From Acidobacteriota bacterium (GTDB taxonomy: Bacteria; Acidobacteriota; UBA6911), in contig OY761556.1 in NCBI GenBank assembly GCA_963664705.1, forward strand, positions 3,712,001-3,776,000: a DNA stretch of 64,000 bases, read 5' to 3'. Under the pieces are notes generated by a model that made no database searches, was not told the DNA's origin, and saw nothing but the letters and a program-made list of their open reading frames with translations. Shown one piece after another: positions 59,128-64,000 of the stretch. How positions within the stretch are numbered: position 1 is the stretch's first letter; each line of letters opens with the position of its first letter. The translations under genes and the position numbers were made by a program.

Positions 59128-60912
59128 ATGACAAATAACCATCTTGATTACGCAGAGCTACTTCGGGAATCACGTCTAGCAAATGAATCTGCAGGCTGGC
59201 CTGTCATCCGGCTGGCATTGCTGGGCGATAATGCAGTCCAGCAATTTACGCCATTGCTTCGGGCATTATTCCTTCGCGCAAATATCAAAGCTGAGATTTT
59301 CGAGGGCAGCTTTGACGGATCAGAATTTGAATCGCTGAACAAAGCATCCGCGCTATATGCATTTAAACCTGATTTCGTTGTTATTCTGGACTCAGCACAG
59401 GGCTTACGCGATAAATATTACCAGTCCTCAAATGATTCATTCATGCAAGAAATTTTGGCCAAAACGGTCAGAATTTGGGATGCAATCCACGATAACTGCG
59501 AAGCCCAGATAATCCAAACCAATTATGCCTCCGTAGTTGAACGCATATACGGGAATTATGATTTAAAAGCTCCATCCTCATTAACAAGAATCGTTTCTTC
59601 TCTTAATTGCTCAATTGTGGAAGCGGCTACAGGCCGTCGGCATGTATTATTGCTGGACATCGAAAATCTGGCATCTTGGTTTGGACGAAGAGATTGGTTT
59701 GACGAACGCTTTTGGACGATGTCGAAATCCTTTTGTGCTCCTGAGCTTATGCCACAGGTGGCAAAGAATATCGTGGATATGGTGCTTTCAATGCGGGGCC
59801 GCACGGTGAAATGCGTGATTCTGGATCTGGACAACACGCTTTGGGGGGGAGTGATTGGCGATGAGGGCGTCCACGGAATAAGCATCAGTGCTCATGGTGC
59901 AGGGGAGGATTTCTATCGTTTCCAATGTTTTATGCGTGAACTAAAAAACCGGGGCATTTTGCTCGCCGTTTGCAGCAAAAATGAGTATGCAAACGCTGTT
60001 GCGCCTTTTGAAGAAAACGATTCGATGGTACTAAAGCTGTCCGATATTACGGTTTTTGTGGCAAACTGGGACAATAAAGCTGCCAATATTGAACGCATTC
60101 AGAAAGCACTCAATATTGGTCTCGATTCAATGGTATTCTTGGATGACAATCCTTTCGAACGTAACCTTGTGCGCGAAATGCTTCCCGCAGTAATCGTTCC
60201 CGAGCTTCCGGAGGATCCTTCGGAGTATGTCCGGGCAATCTGTGATCTTAATCTGTTTGAAACCAGTTCGCATTCCATTGAAGACGGACAAAGAACTGAG
60301 TTGTATCGGGTTGAAGCGCAACGAGAGATGGCAAGAGCAGATGCCGCAAGTTTTGAGGATTTTCTGCAATCGCTTAACATGCAGATTAAAATAGGCCGCT
60401 TTACGCAGGAACAGCTACCAAGGATAGTTCAGTTATTGCAGCGGAGCAATCAGTTCAACCTGACCACTCATCGATATACATCAGCGCAGTGTGAATCGAT
60501 GGCGAACGAGCATGAAAACTGTTTGCCCATCATTGCCTCCCTGAACGACCGTTTCGGCGATCATGGGCTTATTTCAATAGTTGTGGCGCGCACTGAGGCC
60601 GAGACGGGAACATTTGTAATAACCGACTGGCTTATGAGCTGCCGCGTACTGAAGCGGGGCGTAGAGCAATACATCATGAATTTTATATTCGAGGAGGCAA
60701 GGGCGCGCGGCTTAGCAATGGTTAGAGGTGAGTACATCCCCACAGCGAAAAATGGAATGGTACGGGATTTTTTTGAACAATTTGGATTTTTGAAGACGCA
60801 TGAAAATGTGGAGGGTCAGTCGATATGGACACTGGATACAAATGCATATTTGCATTCCACCACATTTGTAAAGGCGATAGACAAACCCAGTTCAACAAAT
60901 ATTGAAAAATAG
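59128..60912 (+). CDS. fkbH: FkbH-like HAD-IIIC protein (glyceryl-ACP forming)
   Basis: KCVILDLDNTLWGGVIG, LAVCSKN, VFLDDNPFER, RSNQFNLT, DRFGDHG, LMSCRVLKRGVE. Confidence 0.92.
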   Translation: MTNNHLDYAELLRESRLANESAGWPVIRLALLGDNAVQQFTPLLRALFLRANIKAEIFEGSFDGSEFESLNKASALYAFKPDFVVILDSAQGLRDKYYQSSNDSFMQEILAKTVRIWDAIHDNCEAQIIQTNYASVVERIYGNYDLKAPSSLTRIVSSLNCSIVEAATGRRHVLLLDIENLASWFGRRDWFDERFWTMSKSFCAPELMPQVAKNIVDMVLSMRGRTVKCVILDLDNTLWGGVIGDEGVHGISISAHGAGEDFYRFQCFMRELKNRGILLAVCSKNEYANAVAPFEENDSMVLKLSDITVFVANWDNKAANIERIQKALNIGLDSMVFLDDNPFERNLVREMLPAVIVPELPEDPSEYVRAICDLNLFETSSHSIEDGQRTELYRVEAQREMARADAASFEDFLQSLNMQIKIGRFTQEQLPRIVQLLQRSNQFNLTTHRYTSAQCESMANEHENCLPIIASLNDRFGDHGLISIVVARTEAETGTFVITDWLMSCRVLKRGVEQYIMNFIFEEARARGLAMVRGEYIPTAKNGMVRDFFEQFGFLKTHENVEGQSIWTLDTNAYLHSTTFVKAIDKPSSTNIEK

Positions 60913-60923
60913 GCAATAATCAA

Positions 60924-61169
60924 ATGAATCAAATAGAAATTGAAAAACTGTTGCAGGGAGTTTTCCATAAGGTATTCGATAATCCTGACCTATGCGTGTC
61001 GCCACAAACGACGGCAAGCGATGTCACAGGCTGGGACTCCCTTACACATATAAATCTTATTGTAGCAATCGAAAAGGCTTTTAAGGTTCGATTTACAACG
61101 GCGGAAGTATCCGGAATGCAAAAAGTGGGAGACCTTCTTGTATTAATTGAGCGTAAAACCGGCAAGTGA
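60924..61169 (+). CDS. Acyl carrier protein
   Basis: TTASDVTGWDSLTHINLIVAIEKAF. Confidence 0.92.
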   Translation: MNQIEIEKLLQGVFHKVFDNPDLCVSPQTTASDVTGWDSLTHINLIVAIEKAFKVRFTTAEVSGMQKVGDLLVLIERKTGK

Positions 61170-61182
61170 GAGGATACATTAA

Positions 61183-62601
61183 GTGCCGTTTATTTCGTTG
61201 GCTGGCCTTTTCTTCATAGCTATTACAGCAACTATCTGCTGGATAAGTCCAGTCCGTTACAAACCTGCATTGTTGCTTATCTTTTCCTACGCGTTTTACT
61301 GCACATGGAATGCAGGAATGGCCTTGGTTCTGGGGGCGACAACAGGCATTTGCTATTGGGCGGCTTTGGAAATTGATCGTTTGCGTTCCGCCAACCAAAG
61401 AACGCTCTTGTTCACCGCCACAGTTGGCGCCTTCATTTTATTCATCTGCTTTTTTAAGCTCAGGGTACTACTCACACCTAATGCAGCCCTTGCTGTACCC
61501 TTGGGAATCTCCTACTATACATTCCGACTTATAAGCTACATAGTTGATGTGCATTGGGGTAAGATTCAACCCGAGCGTAGTGCAATTCGCTTTGCCGCGT
61601 TCATCGCCTTCTTTCCTCATTTGGTTGCCGGACCCATTCAGCGCGCGCATGAATTTCTGCCTCAAACATATGCCGACCGGGAAGGTTGGTCACCAAAGCC
61701 GTGGAAAGGTAGCCAGCGCATTCTTCTGGGATTTTTAAAAAAAATTGCCGTTGCAGATACGCTTGCGATGCTGGTTAATTATGGCTTCGCGCATGCAGGT
61801 GAATCATCAGCAGCACCAAGCATGCTGGCATTTTACCTATTTCCGCTTCAACTTTATTTTGATTTCTCGGGGCTGACCGATATCGCTGTTGGCATTGGAT
61901 TGCTATTCGGAATAGAGTCCCCGGAAAATTTCAATCACCCGTTCTCAGCGTCCAACATCTCTGAGTTTTGGCGGCGTTGGCACATAAGCCTTACCGAATG
62001 GCTGCGAGATTATGTTTTCATGCCCCTGCGAATGGCCTTGCGCGAATGGGGAAACTCCGGGCTTGTTATAAGCCTTACTGTCAACATGTTGCTTATAGCG
62101 CTGTGGCATGGTTTCCGAAGTAATTACCTGGTCTTCGGAATAATCCATTCAGCCTATTTAACATTTGACGTCCTATCATTGCCCTATCGCAAGCGATATT
62201 TTAAATCCCATGCCTCCGCAGCCAAAATTGCCGCCATTTTGGGTCCAGTTTTTACTTACAACCTAGTAGCCATCGCGAATATTTTTTTCCGGGCGTCTTC
62301 ATTCGCCGATGGTGCCCATCTGCTCGTCGGGTTGGCGGCAGGATATAAAAACTTCATTGAGGGAATAGCCTTAGCAATGGCCCCGCCCAACGGCCACGCT
62401 TGGGCCGCCTTACCTTTTGCTGCACTTGCCATACTGGGGGACTGGGCCCGAAAACAGTGGCCTGACATGTTATCCCAAATTGAGCCTCGATGGCTTCGTT
62501 GGTCCGCCGGCATGGCAATTGTGGTCTCCACTATCTTTGTGGCACTGATGATGGCGGCCGGCCGCCATGAAGCGAATCCTTTTCTATATGAAAATTTCTA
62601 G
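61183..62601 (+). CDS. MBOAT O-acyltransferase (AlgI/DltB-like)
   Basis: PLGISYYTF, FFPHLVAGPI, YFDFSG, ENFNHP, FWRRWHISL, LWHG. Confidence 0.93.
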   Translation: MPFISLAGLFFIAITATICWISPVRYKPALLLIFSYAFYCTWNAGMALVLGATTGICYWAALEIDRLRSANQRTLLFTATVGAFILFICFFKLRVLLTPNAALAVPLGISYYTFRLISYIVDVHWGKIQPERSAIRFAAFIAFFPHLVAGPIQRAHEFLPQTYADREGWSPKPWKGSQRILLGFLKKIAVADTLAMLVNYGFAHAGESSAAPSMLAFYLFPLQLYFDFSGLTDIAVGIGLLFGIESPENFNHPFSASNISEFWRRWHISLTEWLRDYVFMPLRMALREWGNSGLVISLTVNMLLIALWHGFRSNYLVFGIIHSAYLTFDVLSLPYRKRYFKSHASAAKIAAILGPVFTYNLVAIANIFFRASSFADGAHLLVGLAAGYKNFIEGIALAMAPPNGHAWAALPFAALAILGDWARKQWPDMLSQIEPRWLRWSAGMAIVVSTIFVALMMAAGRHEANPFLYENF

Positions 62602-63790
62602 GGATTGCACCCTTGTTTTTGCCGTATGTCTACTCATCATAGGCTTGATTGAACTTAGTATTCGGATATCAGGTCTTAAGTTTGAGCCATCTTTATACGA
62701 GCCCCACCCCATCCTTTATACCGTATTTCGGCCAAATGCCGAGGGTTGGACTAGCGAAGAGGGCGAAAACTATGTTCGTATCAATAGCTTAGGCATGCGG
62801 GACCGCGAGCGCACAGTTCAATCGCAGGCAGGCACCATTCGTCTGGCCCTATTGGGAGACTCAATGGTGGCCGCCCAGCAAGTCCGCTTGGAAGAGACAA
62901 TGGCGCAGGTTATGGAACAGGCACTAGATCGAACTATGAAAGGCTCTGGGCAGGGCCGAGTAGAAGTATTGAATTTTGGAGTCGGCGGGTACGCCTTGTC
63001 GCAAATGTATTTATCGCTTAATGATAGGATTTGGGCATTCCACCCCAATATCATTGCCGTTTTCGTTTCTGGCTTTACAGTACCCAATAGCTATCGAAAG
63101 ACCAAATCTATGGATAACCTGCCGTTTTTTTCCATGAAGGGCACGGACCTAATCCCTGATCCAGAAAACAACCCACCTGAGGAAATTGGCTCGAATAGCA
63201 AATTTTGGCACAAGGTATTTGGCGACCTTCATAACCAGTTCCGTGTACTTCAACTGGTCCGCGCCGCACAGCAAACAGGATGGCAGAAAGCTTTAGCATG
63301 GTCCAAAACCACTCCCTCTACTCAGGAAAAGCCCAAACCTGACGAGTTAATGCGCATATGGCCTTATCTGCCACCGAAAACCTCAGAACTGGCAATGGCT
63401 TGGAATATTACTGAAGCAATCCTGGGCCGCATGATAGCTGAGGCTCGCAAGCATGGTGTTGAATTCTGGCTGATCCAAATTGGCAGTGATATTGACGAAG
63501 ATCCCCGCGAGGCCAAGCGGGAGCAATTTCTTCAAATAAACCATCTTGCCAGTTTTGATTACGCAACACAACGCTACGCGGATTTCGCCGCGCGTCAAGG
63601 AGTATACTTCCTAGATCTTGGCAAGCCTATGCGTGAATACTCGACAGTAACACATACTTCCTTAAGGGGATTCTTCAACACGATTCCCTACAAAGGCCAT
63701 TGGAACGAGTCTGGAAATGCGGCCGCTGCCAACATTGTTAGGAGAGAACTCCTGCAAAGGAGTAGGGTCTTTTCATCGATATTGCATTGA
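62588..63790 (+). CDS. SGNH/GDSL-family periplasmic protein (probable acyl-transfer partner)
   Basis: N-terminal TM, INSLGMRD, LLGDS, VLNFGVGGY, GHWNESGN. Confidence 0.85.
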   Translation: MKISRDCTLVFAVCLLIIGLIELSIRISGLKFEPSLYEPHPILYTVFRPNAEGWTSEEGENYVRINSLGMRDRERTVQSQAGTIRLALLGDSMVAAQQVRLEETMAQVMEQALDRTMKGSGQGRVEVLNFGVGGYALSQMYLSLNDRIWAFHPNIIAVFVSGFTVPNSYRKTKSMDNLPFFSMKGTDLIPDPENNPPEEIGSNSKFWHKVFGDLHNQFRVLQLVRAAQQTGWQKALAWSKTTPSTQEKPKPDELMRIWPYLPPKTSELAMAWNITEAILGRMIAEARKHGVEFWLIQIGSDIDEDPREAKREQFLQINHLASFDYATQRYADFAARQGVYFLDLGKPMREYSTVTHTSLRGFFNTIPYKGHWNESGNAAAANIVRRELLQRSRVFSSILH

Positions 63791-63945
63791 ATGTGACGTC
63801 GATCTACTGATCCATCATGATCCTCCCGGCCGATCCTTTTTGATTTATTCGGGTAATCTAAAACCATATCGGCAAAACCAATTGCGGTGAGTCCCGTTCA
63901 CATTATCACTCCCATTTTTTGATCCCCTTTTAGGTTATCAAAATC

Positions 63946-64000
63946 ACGATGACACATGCTTACAAACGGAACGGTACGACCACTCTTTTTGCTGCTATGG
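63946..64000 (+). mobile_element. IS630-family transposase fragment (5'-truncated, runs off the right edge)
   Basis: Translates TMTHAYKRNGTTTLFAAM, matching the IS630 internal motif THDYxRxGTTTLFAAL; no N-terminal part upstream. Confidence 0.75.

Overview
A bacterial window of roughly 50% GC (by eye; gene style suggests Acidobacteriota, which is an inference). Most of it is one large exopolysaccharide (EPS) locus coupled to a PEP-CTERM/exosortase protein-sorting system. It contains a priming sugar transferase, export genes (short Wza, outer-membrane barrel, co-polymerase, tyrosine kinase, Wzx), several GT4 glycosyltransferases, deacetylases, FemAB/GNAT transferases, two Asn-synthetase-like ligases and an ACP/AMP-ligase/PLP-decarboxylase set. 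The sorting side comprises prsK-prsR, exosortase, epsI, two giant PrsT-like TPR lipoproteins, one intact PEP-CTERM gene behind a sigma-54 promoter and one PEP-CTERM pseudogene. An FkbH-ACP-MBOAT-SGNH cassette and an IS630 remnant close the window. Two modules stand out. (1) 9246-11754: an 80-aa twin-arginine peptide with a predicted 24-aa Ser/Thr/His-rich core, followed by a PqqD/RRE chaperone, an HprK-related kinase and a nucleotidyltransferase; this looks like an uncharacterised RiPP-type system for a phosphorylated/nucleotidylated, Tat-exported peptide inside an EPS locus. (2) <1-3222: a secreted cohesin + tandem FN3 protein missing from the ORF track, directly behind a secreted FN3-dockerin gene, i.e. 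a candidate non-cellulosomal cohesin-dockerin pair. Also seen: a vapBC pair with a leaderless promoter/operator, a family of composite palindromic intergenic repeats and an ops-like motif before wza. All family assignments come from motif recognition by eye; no database search was run.
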